From Amphiscolops sp. MND2022 (taxonomy: Eukaryota), in the NCBI GenBank assembly GCA_964187785.1, contig OZ076410.1, positions 77,934,001-77,998,000 of the forward strand: DNA of 64,000 nt. The letters run 5' to 3'. The notes below the pieces were generated by a model, which was given only the letters and a program-made list of their open reading frames with translations, was not told the DNA's origin and did no database searches. Positions 37,101 to 48,401 of this stretch are shown in pieces (the stretch's first letter is position 1; every line of letters starts with the position of its first letter). The translations under genes and the position numbers were made by a program.

Positions 37101-37225
37101 TTCCTTTGCTTGTCATGTATTGTTTCTTCCGCTAAGTAGTCGAATAACGATAAATCAACAAACATGCCTTCTGGTAAATCAATAACGTGTTTTTGAAGAA
37201 TAATCTCCTCATTGCAAAAACTCAT
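34105..37225 (-). pseudogene. Transib/Chapaev/RAG1-like DDE transposase with a C-terminal BRCT domain (~980 aa); two frameshifts, both in A homopolymers
   Basis: D in DLWGDG, D in LSGDQPF, VDTCH (compare RAG1 IDALH), TPY, E in HLTEAMEHSNH. One intron at 36177-36009 (KG|HDS). BRCT-like IFRGLRFTVFG...ILEGGG...VILNVKFVVDCL. Confidence 0.75.
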
Positions 37226-37571
37226 TGTAATACCTTCACCGTTTAATAATGAATATGATTTTGCAACATAATAATGAAATGATTTGAGAAAATTGACGTA
37301 ATTCACAAATGAGGCTTATAAAAGTCTTTTACTACTGTCCGCGTTAGTGACTGCATCAAAACGAGTAACAGGTGCCGAAGATTTTCACTTGGTATTACCA
37401 AAATCACTCTCCCAACATCACCAATTTTGTGAGTCTAACACCAGAACTGATTTGAGGCAGTTTAAGATTTTTAAGACGCATTATAAAACTTTTCAGCAAC
37501 CAGCTAATTCCCTCATTCACTTTTTATTTCACCTCGAATCAAATAGCTCAATCAATTATAATCAATGAGCA

Positions 37572-38657
37572 ATGCTTTTTGCCAATGTGTTCTTCCAGAC
37601 TAAACCAATCGTTCAAGCGTTGGATCCTGACACTCATAATTGGCAGGATGCTAAAATTGAAGGCTTTGAAGGCACCAATCATGTCCGTGTTAATTTTACT
37701 CGTTGGGGAAAAAACAAAGACCCCGTTCGTGTGCTTTTTTGTGACCCCCAAGTTGATCTCGAGCTTTGGCCAATCAGGAAAGCAGTTAAAGAAGTTCTAT
37801 TTTCCAGACGACACAACATCGACTACAAACTCGATTACACCAAAGAAAAATTCGAAAAAGGCGATGCTGTACATTATGTTGGATCGACTGCGCCATCAGT
37901 TGGTGATATTATGGAGCCCAGGGAGATGAAACAAATGATCCAAGAAGCATCAATTTTGAAATCTGGAACTGTGTTAATCAATGACAGGTTTAGGAAGACC
38001 TTGCTGATTTGCTCCAATGAGGAGAAGTTTTATATTTCGTACAACCAGTTGAGGAATTCCGACTGGCAAAAGGAAGGAATCGTAGAAGCAGAAGAAAACA
38101 TACCTATTCCAGTCGCCAAAAAAGTGAAAGTTGAAGTAAAAGCAGAAGAGAAAGGAGAAAAAAAGTCAAAGATAAACATTAGTGACATTTTGCGGACATT
38201 GTGTGGATCTGAAGAAACTGTCACCCTCACTCTCGTGCCGACAACGAATGGAATTCTAGCAACGGGATCACGTGTTGTAATTGACCTGTCACAAACGGGG
38301 GTTGTTCGAAAGCTTTTTTTTGATCGCAAGGAGGCGCAAGCGATAGCGGAAGTCACTTTAGACGGGAGTAAAAGATACATTGGACTCCCTGCCACGGACG
38401 TTCGACTTTCAGTTGACCCCAATCAATCAATTAAGCAACAACAGGAAGTCAACTATATGAAATACCCAGAAATCACAGAGAAAAGACCAAATTTGCACCC
38501 AGTTGATGAAATCTTCACAGTGTTTTCAGCCATCAAACGGGAACTTTTCCTCTCTTACGACACAATTAACCACACCGAAATCATGTACAGTCCTGTGCCG
38601 TTCTACGTCAAGCAAGTTTTAGGCTGTGAATCATCTAGAGACTCGTTGAGCATATGA
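37572..38657 (+). CDS. 361-aa ORF with an N-terminal Tudor/chromo-barrel-like domain
   Basis: VQALDPDTHNWQDAKIEGFEGTNHVRVNFTRWGKNKD fits A-x-D..W..AKI...V-x-V-x-F-x-x-W. Possible splice acceptor near 37598. Confidence 0.6.
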   Translation: MLFANVFFQTKPIVQALDPDTHNWQDAKIEGFEGTNHVRVNFTRWGKNKDPVRVLFCDPQVDLELWPIRKAVKEVLFSRRHNIDYKLDYTKEKFEKGDAVHYVGSTAPSVGDIMEPREMKQMIQEASILKSGTVLINDRFRKTLLICSNEEKFYISYNQLRNSDWQKEGIVEAEENIPIPVAKKVKVEVKAEEKGEKKSKINISDILRTLCGSEETVTLTLVPTTNGILATGSRVVIDLSQTGVVRKLFFDRKEAQAIAEVTLDGSKRYIGLPATDVRLSVDPNQSIKQQQEVNYMKYPEITEKRPNLHPVDEIFTVFSAIKRELFLSYDTINHTEIMYSPVPFYVKQVLGCESSRDSLSI

Positions 38658-38862
38658 TAAATATCAAAATCCTTAAAAGCATCATTAGCAACAAGTTTTT
38701 GAAATCCCGGGTCGGCGAAACCCGTCGGAAGAAAAATGATCATCTATGCAGTTTTATATGCATTTTACATGAAAACTATGTTTTTTCTATTTTACATGAA
38801 ATTGCGTTAGACATAGCAATTTTCTGTTAGCAACGTATAAAATTTGGGCGAAATGGCAAAAC

Positions 38863-39349
38863 TCACAAAAATTTCCGGCTTCCTAGGTGTTCCCTGTGTA
38901 ACTTTCCGATAGTGGCTCTGGACGTTTGAGAGTATTTTTCTCCGTCTCTGGAGTCGACAGGATTCTCGTCAGAATTTCGGAAGCCGGAATACGTTATCGT
39001 AATTTTCGCACATGTAGCTCCCAGGGCTTTCAGAACCATAAACCACTTTGTATCGCAATATTATACAATCCATCGCTTTGAAAACAAGCTTATGTTTTAT
39101 AATGATAATTTATTCGTTTACTTCCATTGGCAGAAATTCACTATCAACGAAGAGCGGGGCTGACATGCAAACGAGCTGCTGGATGAGTTTCTCGGCGAGA
39201 GATGGGATCTCTTCGAAGCCAGGCCGGATGCCGAGAAATTTTTCAACCATGTCCTCTTGGGGGTGCGGTTCAAAGTGAAAACCAGTCTCGCCTTTGAAGC
39301 CCTCAAAATTCATGTTCAAGGACACCGAGGAAACTACGAGGACTATCAA
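38863..39349 (-). CDS. Small, possibly spliced ORF of unknown function, convergent with the Tudor ORF
   Basis: ORF 39110-39349 with coding-like composition and a further open frame at about 39030-38863. The splice model was not verified. Confidence 0.3.
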
Positions 39350-40401
39350 AACTATCGAGAGTTAATCTCAAAAAACACAAAGTCTTCCTTGGCAGCTTAA
39401 CAACTGAATCCTATTGAATTGTTTGTTTGTTTCATCTGTATTCTTGTAGTAATTACTACTTGTAGTCATTTGTATTTCGTTGTGTTAGAACCTCGTTGTA
39501 TTAATTCATAGCAACCTAGTAATGAATTTACTGATCAATATAATTCATCGCAATAAATTGTTGATGGTGATGATTCATCATAAACATGTCTTTTGCATTC
39601 AATACTTCATGTACTCCCTAAAATACAAGTTATCTTGTGAATATATTGCAGTAATTTAACCGCCAAACAATACCGTTGAACAAATGACGACTGGAGCCAG
39701 CAGTCATCAATGAACAAAATACCAATACCAATCGTGCTATCTTGCGTCGTTTAGAAATTAGGACTGGAATTGTCAGTCATTACAAATGATATTTACTGAA
39801 GAGTGTATTTCAACCTAGTGTTCAATCATATATTTCCACATATAAGATTGAAACAATCAGTCATCAATTATCGTGGTATTTCATCATTTAACCATTTCCT
39901 ACGTTACTTGTAAAGTATTACCAGAATAATCGATCATTCTAACTCATAACAATTCATCCATTTATATCAGCAATTTGTACGATGCCATTTAACAATAATA
40001 TTTCCAAATAACCTAGTAAACAGCTCAATTAACACTGTTGAACGACCATTAATTACCGGTGACACTAGCTGAGTCGTCCAATTACTGGACACTAACTGCC
40101 AATCAAGACGAACGAACGGTAACGCAACAACTGCAAACACCAATCATTCCAACAATCACGGTTCGGAAGTACATGTAACGGGCGGGTAAATTAACGAAAG
40201 ATAATTTATTCAATTCGCACCAAAACCACCCCAGCCACAATCGAAGCAAATTACTTTGCATGAAAAACGATCACAATGTATCGAACAAAACGTGAACGAA
40301 AATAACGTTCCCCAATAACGCAACAAACTAACAGTGACGATCTGCTGCCTGACAAACGTTATAACAACACAATCGAGGCCCCGCCTATTTCGCCCTACAA
40401 A

Positions 40402-40545
40402 CATAGTGCTGGCTGTGTGGGTGCGTTGTTCAAAAGCGCGCTTGTGTGGTTGGTTGTCAACATACAGATGAAGGTTGCTCTTTAGCAACTGGATTCAGTG
40501 TTAGTTTTGCATAGGTGGTTCCGACGGGAATTCACCTTTTCCAAT
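40402..40545 (-). repeat. Repeat R, copy 3 (most diverged), downstream of the hAT-derived paralog
   Basis: Alignable to copies 1 and 2, with both hairpins retained. Confidence 0.85.
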
Positions 40546-42376
40546 GAACTGAACTTCAAAAACCAAGCACTAGCCAATTCCACAACAACGGTAAGTATCA
40601 GAGCTTACCAAACCGAGAAAACCACGAAAGCCCTAACCTAGACCAACTATGCGAGACTTCACCTCACGTAGGAAAAATTAAGGAGTTCGAGGCCCATTAT
40701 CCAATTAGCATCCAGATTCACACACGTTGTAAGTTCTCAGTCCAACATGTGTTTAACATCGCAGTTAACAAAAAACATTCATACACTCAGGAACGACAAC
40801 GTCTTACTAGTATCACGTCTACACCTATACGCATGCAACACCAAAAACTGTGACCTTAGAACTCACATCAAACCACAGAAAAATACTCCTACTCTAGACT
40901 ACACTAACGAAAGGAAACAACGTGTACATGCATCCATCAAAAGTTCTATGCAAAAATTGTCCCACACAAAGTCAAATTACTCTTGTAAAGTTTCACATGA
41001 ACAACCCTAGGGAAAAACGAAAGCAAGTGCTACGATGGTAGAAACCACCAAATTCAATTACTGATAAGTAAAGCATCAACTCAGGCCAAAAACAAGTACT
41101 ACATATAAATCAAATCATAAAAACAACATCAAGTAGTATACACAAGCTGCGAACACAAGAAAATCCAAAAAGTCTGATTACTAATAACGTGTTTCTGTTG
41201 CTGACTAATACTCCGTAGAGTGGATTGATCCACCCTCATTGCTACTCTCCGCCGACATAGCTAGGGTCGGCCTCCCCTTTTTATCCGGCTTCCCACCAGT
41301 CCTTTGACCTCGGTTACCTCCTGACCCACCACTGACAACTTTGCGTTTCGGCGCCGATGTAGTTGGAGCCTCCGAGGACAGAACGACTTCGGTCTGCAGT
41401 TTTGGTGCTCGTGCTGCAGAACGACCTGATTTAGACTGACTCCGACGGATTGCAGTCGGACTTGACTCCATCGCCCGTAACTGATTGCAGACTGTCGACA
41501 TATACTCATCAATGACAGGACGAGATGGCAGACCCCCAGTTGACTCCAACACAGTGAGGCTGCGCCCAAACGACTCGTCGATCCCTCTTTTGACTAATTG
41601 GTCCCACGGGATGGCCATAACGTCATCGGTCAATCGCGAAATCTGCATACCCGTCGTGCTGCAGTGCCGTACAAACCCAATCACCGAACGACGAGAGTGT
41701 CCACCAAATCCTGTTGCCATCCAGCTTCGTACCAGATTCAAACTCGATAACATGATGCCCCCGTCAAGCGCCGTGTTTCCGACATCCAGAAAATTTGCAG
41801 TGTAAGGATCATGCACCATACCAACGAAGAGAATCTCCATAACGTCGCGAAATTCCTGACACCGGTCTCACGAAGGATACGACAACCATAAAGACACGGC
41901 ATCGTCGATAACCGGCACCATCGAGACGCTTGTTTCCCAACGACGTTTGAAATAGCTGGCCACTTCACGATATTGCTGAACAATGGCGGCGCCGTTTCCA
42001 CCACTGCACAAATCGCCGAAACTAAGGACTGATATAGTGCCCACCAGGACGTCCGTCAACCGATCCATTGATCCAGACTGAATTGCATACGGATCCAGAG
42101 GTAACAAACTGAGATGCTTAATCCACCCCTGATCGAAGTCGCCAATACATGCCTCGCACACAGCTCGCAGAAAGTTTTGAACTTCCTTGTAGAAGAAGGG
42201 TTTCTGGCTGCTCACATCGAAGCGGAAATATTGGCCGAATAGAGCCTGGAACCGAGCCTTGTCAACTTGTACACAGTCGCCAAGTTTTAACTTCAACACA
42301 GTGAGGACTTCAAATTCGGGTGGTATCGATGTTGGCTCGACCACCATTGTCAGCAACACACGAAGGAAGGCAGATA

Positions 42377-43411
42377 CATTACAGTGCACAGGCAAGCTTT
42401 TCGCTGATTTTCGTGGAATCCGGGACACGAAAATTGAGAAAAGTCGTGGAATCCAGGACAAAATTTCTCTTTGATGTTAAGCGTTTCTTGGATTCCACGA
42501 CAGTGCTTGTCCTGGATTCCACGCCAACACTGCTGCTATAATGACACTTTTGCCGCTGCTCTCTGATTGGTCCGCTGATTTTGAATAATCATTTTAAATT
42601 AATTCAATTTTATATTAAAGCAAATTGTTTTGATTGACACAAAAAATCCAAGAAGTACGAATAAAGATACTCGTGACTGGTACCAAAAATGAAGCAAGTC
42701 ATCAAATAATGGCAGATTGTGATGATCTGGCAGTTTGTTCAAAACTGGTACTAAACTCGAAAATACGAATATTTGTGTAATATAATATTCATTTTGCATG
42801 ATCATTATTAGAAAGGCAGAAGAACTTGAATTAATTCAATTTTATATCAAAGGAAATTGTTTTGATTGACACAAAAAATCCAAGAAGTACGAATAGAGAT
42901 ACTCGTGACTGGTACCAAAAATGAAGCAAGTCATCAAATAATGGCAGATTGTGATGATCTTGCAGTTTTTTCAAAACTGGTAATAAACTGAAAAATACAA
43001 AAATTTTGTGTGATATTGGTGTGATTGTCTGAATCATTTTGAATTAATATACGAAAAGTAGTGCATAATATCATGTTTGTTCAGTCATCCACTTGAATTT
43101 AATTCAAACAAGAAATGCCGCGTATCGCGTCCAGCATAAAGTCGTGGAATCCAGGAAATTTACGATTTCTGCAATCTGATTGGTTCATTTCGGAAAACTT
43201 ACGTTTTTGTGGAATCCGGGACACCGCTGCATGCCGACAGTTCGTACAGCTAAGCATATGTTACTGGAATCCAGGACTAAATCCGTGGAATCCGGGACAA
43301 ATGACGTAATTTGCCAATTTTGCACGGTTAAAGGTATGGTCTTGGAATCCACGATATTGAACGCACTATGCTGCGCTTTCAGCAAATAAGGCTTGCCTGT
43401 GCACTGTAATG
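42377..43411. mobile_element. 1035-bp MITE with TIR CATTACAGTGCACAGGCAAGC, TA duplication and an internal 232-bp tandem duplication
   Basis: Removing it plus one TA restores the host frame ERELSAFLRV (paralog ERELALFLRA). CGTGGAATCC subterminal repeats. 42599-42805 matches 42831-43037. Confidence 0.9.
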
Positions 43412-45451
43412 TAATTCCCGTTCAAACCACAGATTTCGATCCCTGCCAGCACTGCACAAGCGAGGGCACTTTGCAACAACTGAAACACATAGCCGATCCT
43501 CAATCAACCAGCCAGCACTCTACGTACAACAACCCAGCACTCAAGACGTCATTACTACTTCGACCAACAAATACGCAAAAACTACAAATAGACATTCAAG
43601 ATCATAGAAAGAATAAAAATGCTGCTTCGCATAGCAGCGGAAACTTTCAATCTTAATTACACGCTGTATGCGAGCAGTGTATGCGGAGGGATTACTAAAA
43701 TTGATTGTCGATTTTTGAATTTTGATTGTCTATTTAGTGATTAATAATTATGGATGAAATAATCGAATTATGGATACAATCGGGCACAAGGAACATCCAA
43801 AACGCTTATACTGACCTGTCTCTGCCAAGAACTTCAGAACTGCAAAACGTGGCCTTGTCATCGCGTCATTAAATACTTGTGTCTCCATGCTAGCTATGTT
43901 CCGCGTCTCTGACACAGTGCTAGACCAGTGAACACCAAAGTACGCGCCCAAGTCAACCCACCGCTCCACAAGTTCAGTGCACAAGGCCGTCAACTCCTGA
44001 AATCGCTCGGCACCACCACGCACGAACTAGAACAAAACCATCACCAAGCTAACCCAACGCATCACACGAGCACATATTACCACACTCACTAACATTCGAA
44101 TCCAGAAAAACGAAAAAATGCCTACAGATCACGCCCCCCCACCTGGATAGAAAACGTTACACCAATAGGTTCAAATTAACCTACCTCACGTAGTCTGGGC
44201 ATGCTATCAAAGGCTGAATCTCCAATGACTGCCGCCAACCGGAACCGGAAATACTCCAGCACACAGAACGGCTCCAGGCCACTTGACTCCTCGAGAAATT
44301 TACGTCGCAGCAGGTCTTTCAACCACTCAATATCGAAGCGCCGAGTCACAAGAGGCATGGTTGGATGAGCGATGCTAGCCAACGCATGACCAAGACGAAG
44401 GTTCTCACCCACACTCACAGCAGACAGAACCCCATGGGATTCGACACAGGCCAGGAGAGACACTAGGACTTTGAGCAGCGAGCGTTCCCACTCACCACCT
44501 CCTGGGATAACAGCCAACACGACCACTTTGACTGCTACAGCACCGAAGATGTGGCAGTCCAGCCGCTTCACTGATCCATCTGTGCGGACGTGCAAACCAA
44601 ACCGCACCCCAGAAGAAAACAGCTCGTCTAGCTTCTCCACGACGAAAGGATATAACCCGTACAGCACGAGGCTCTAAAACATTTATGACACTCCACGCCA
44701 ATCACAGCATCCTCTACCACTAGTTCACACGCCAGCGAGAAACGAACACAAATACAAACATGCACTATGATAAAAGGAACAACATCTACGGACACATAAA
44801 AAGACAAACAAACATGTATTACCTGACACTTCGGGTATGACAGCACCCTCTCGGAGAAAGCTAATTCGCCCCGCATGCAGCTGGACCACGACTCCATAGA
44901 ACGGACAACGCTGGCAAAGTCTCTTAACTCGACAAAGTTGTTGATGAAACAACAGAGCCAGAGGTACGAAGAACTTGACTCGGACAACTGGGGCTTCGAA
45001 CCGACAGCCTCTTCCTCAATCTCAATAGCTATCCGTTCCTCGACGGTCAACTTCACTTCTGATTCTAAAATGACGGGAGGCTCTGACATCCTCTCCGCCC
45101 GAATCCGCCGATCTTCCTCCAACGACACGGGTCTGCAGGACTTGTCCAGAAGCGGCTTATTAGACATAATCCGGTACCGCTGTTCGAGACGAGTGTGCTC
45201 CCGCCCTTTCCAGTGGTCCCACAGATTATGCAGTCCCCGACCAGCGATACTAAGATCGACCCGACAGAGACGGCACCTCGCAAAACCATCCACTACGCGC
45301 TTGTTTCTGGGGAAACCGACAAAGGTCCCAACGACTCCCGAAACGAAGAACGACGGCTTCAACGTCTTAATTGCGCGCTTTCGTCCTGATAACACACAAC
45401 ACAACACATGCAGCAACCTAATCCGGGAAAGTTATAAAACCTTTAAAAAAA

Positions 45452-45766
45452 GGATCTCTTTCACTATATCCCCCCCTACAGCAAAAAGGGGGGACATAGT
45501 GAAACGCTATTAAATTCATGTATTGCACATTCTAATAGCGCAGATCTGCTTTTATCTAACAACGCTTCTGATTGGCTGAGCGGGGATTTTGATAAATAAG
45601 TACCAATAAAAAGTGTCGTTAGTTATGACGAGATCAATTGATTGACAGAATAGCATGAGAGATTAGCCAATAGGAAATGAATATAAATGAGCCACAAATA
45701 TTCGTCTTCCTCTAGGGGGGACAAAATGTAACGAGTCATATAGGGGGGATATAGTGAAAGAGATCC
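45452..45766. mobile_element. 315-bp MITE with TIR GGATCTCTTTCACTATATCCCCCC, inserted in an A run (intronic)
   Basis: Inverted ends read directly; poly-A on both sides. Confidence 0.85.
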
Positions 45767-46620
45767 AAAAAATAACTTGTGCTTGTCCTTAGTATGCTAT
45801 ATACACTTTCTAAAACTTAACCCTAAAACCCCTCACATGATCTTTTGAGAGTTCTTACTAGGTTTCGACGTTGAAGAGATTGCAGAAGACGTCCCCCCAG
45901 ACGAAACAACGCTTTTCTCACCAAACTCCGACGGCACATCGGACCCCAATGCTGCTCGGCGACAGTCTACCCCAGCTACACTACGAGTTCTTGAACGGCT
46001 TCCTTCAACTTGCTCAGAAACTCCTCGACAGCGAGGGCACCCACTGTCCCCAAACTGCCCATACTTGATTCAACAGCAGCCTTCACCCACTTTTGGATGT
46101 CACGCTCCACTCGACGGAACAGTTCGGAAAATTGCCCCACTATCACTTCAGCTCTAACGTTGGCATCTATAACATCAACACACAATTGACAGCACCTACT
46201 TTGGACTGGACGCCCGATAGCACCTATCATCCCCCTGTTCTAGACTGGTAACAGCAACCACACAATGGTGTAGACAAGCAACGAGAACCAGCCAACCCCC
46301 CCCCTAGCAGATACTGCAGCTTAGCAGAAACAACAATGGAAACACCTACCGAAATGCGACGACAGAAAGGCATCCAACCGACGCAGAATGGGCACAGTCT
46401 CTGTCTCGACACTCTCAACAGCTCCAGCAGCCACAGAAGAACGAAAGCGCCGCAAATAATTGATGACATCCGACAAGTTGACATCAGCTACAAACAAGTG
46501 AACACCCTATTTGAAATGTCATGACAAACACACCCTGACGTTATGGAATTAGCCTCAACAGAAAGCATTTCCATGACTGTACACCCAGAAATACCACTTT
46601 TGACAGAAAAGTATACCAAA

Positions 46621-47152
46621 GGGGGAAGTAAATAACTTCTAAATAAATAACTTCTAATTAATATAGTAAACAACTTCTAAATAAATAAGTTCTAAAATTA
46701 TTTTAGTAAATAACTTCTAAATTGCAATGGTAATAAACTTCCAAACAGCTATTTTGACGTAATTATTTCTATAACGTCGTTAGCTTTGGTCACATACCCC
46801 TAGTGCCCTAAATGCAGGAGCGAAGCGAAGCGGAGCGACGTGCCATATAGTCATGCCTCAATGTTGCTACTTGGCGAAGGGAGCGAGGCGAGCCCTACAA
46901 CAAACATGCTAATCTCTTCAAATAACAGTTTTCGGAGGCATAGAACGGTAAGTTTATTTTCGGAATAATGAAACGGTAAATTTATTTTCGGAATAATGAA
47001 TAGCAATCTTTACTAGAATGATTTTAGAAGTTACCAGACGCAAATGCATTTTAGAAGTTATTTACTAATATAATTTTAGAACTTATTTATTTAGAAGTTA
47101 TTTACTAATATAATTTTAGAACTTATTTATTTAGAAGTTGTTTACGTGATCC
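46621..47152. mobile_element. Foldback element with AAATAACTTCTAA arm arrays and 8-bp TSD ATACCAAA
   Basis: TSD at 46613-46620 and 47153-47160; GG termini; GCGAAGCG-rich core. Confidence 0.85.
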
Positions 47153-47976
47153 ATACCAAACACCCACTTACCGAATTCCTGAGAGAGAACGACATCCAGC
47201 AAATCGCCTAGACCGGCGAAGTTAGCCGATGACACCCGGGCTGCAAACTGACAACAGTAGCTAGTCTCCAGCATTAGATCAGGAAGTTCTAGCTCACCTC
47301 CACTCCCATCTAACTGAGTCCTCTCCTCTGTCATCTGACTCTCGACCTCGGCGACCAACGCGGATAAGCTGGGACCAAAGAACAGTAACCTCTCATCATC
47401 GGACATCTCGCAATAAACAAATGAGTAATGAACAATCTCCGGGAAAATAATAAACGGCGACGAATACACGACTGCTAAAGCTCATTCTTCCATTTACTGT
47501 TGCTATAGACTGATCACCAATCTCAATACATAATGGACACCTGAGCTCCCCACCAAACAGTCTTACCCAAGTAATACTGGACATTCACGGAGCCATATTT
47601 TGGTCTCAATCCACCCAATATCAAATGCTAATTACAATATGCAGAAAGAAAACAGTCGTGTTTTCACAGCCAATGAAGCTCAATGTCCCTACCATTTTCA
47701 AGCATGAGAGATACCCACAAAATACAGGACTCCCCGAAAAAGAAAACAAAAATGAATCTATTTTTATCATTGTGGAAGAATGAGCAAGGCCAACGAGTGA
47801 CAAACGAAGGTGAATAAATTTCAAATCAAAGCAGGATCAGATTCAATTCAAACGATACTAATTGACTCAACTGACTCTCACTATGGCAACACAACAAATC
47901 GATCCACTGCCGATGATCGATGAAAAGTTGCTTAGGCAAACATTAGACTCAACGCGCACTACACGGATGACGTGGC

Positions 47977-48401
47977 TGTCAAACCGTTTCTATAAATAAA
48001 CTTCAACTTCCAACTGCCTACTATTGCCTTACTAGAATATCAACATACTCAATTCAACTTAAAACCTTCCTACTTTTCAATGGTAATTACTAGATCGCAA
48101 AGTAATCAGAACAGAGAAATAGAAATTGAAACAATGGATAGATCTAGTGACAACGAGAGCGAAACAAGCTTCCCAGATTTTCTCTCTAGGGAACAAATAG
48201 CAGATCTCGATTCTGATGACCTACTGAATAGACGACGAAATAATGATAATTACAGTATTGATCAACGTTTCAATGAGATAAACAGACAAATTGGAGACCT
48301 TACCAATATAGTCCTTACTTTAACCCAACAGTTTACCTCCGTTAACGGAGAAGGGAATAGGCTTAACACGGCGGTTTCCAGTGCCAACAGCCGCTCCGAC
48401 A
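47977..48401 (+). mobile_element. Gypsy solo LTR (TGTC...GACA) with TATAAATA and a Gag N-terminal ORF from 48080
   Basis: ORF MVITRSQ...ANSRSD crosses the CA end in phase 1. Flanks GTGGC/GTTGT match at only 3 of 5 positions. Confidence 0.6.

Larger units (their letters stand above)
41205..47406 (-). pseudogene. Disrupted paralog of the seven-exon hAT-derived gene
   Basis: Matching exon boundaries (exon 2 is 138 nt in both). Frameshift in exon 3 (308 nt), W-to-stop at 41868-41870, and a MITE in the last exon. Confidence 0.85.

Noticed and set aside
37572-38657. RAG2-like partner
   Set aside because: No kelch repeats and no PHD Cys/His pattern.
40210-40488. Peptide similarity among R copies (LLKSxLHL..QPHxRAF) as a coding exon
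   Set aside because: No frame stays open in all three copies; the similarity follows from DNA identity.
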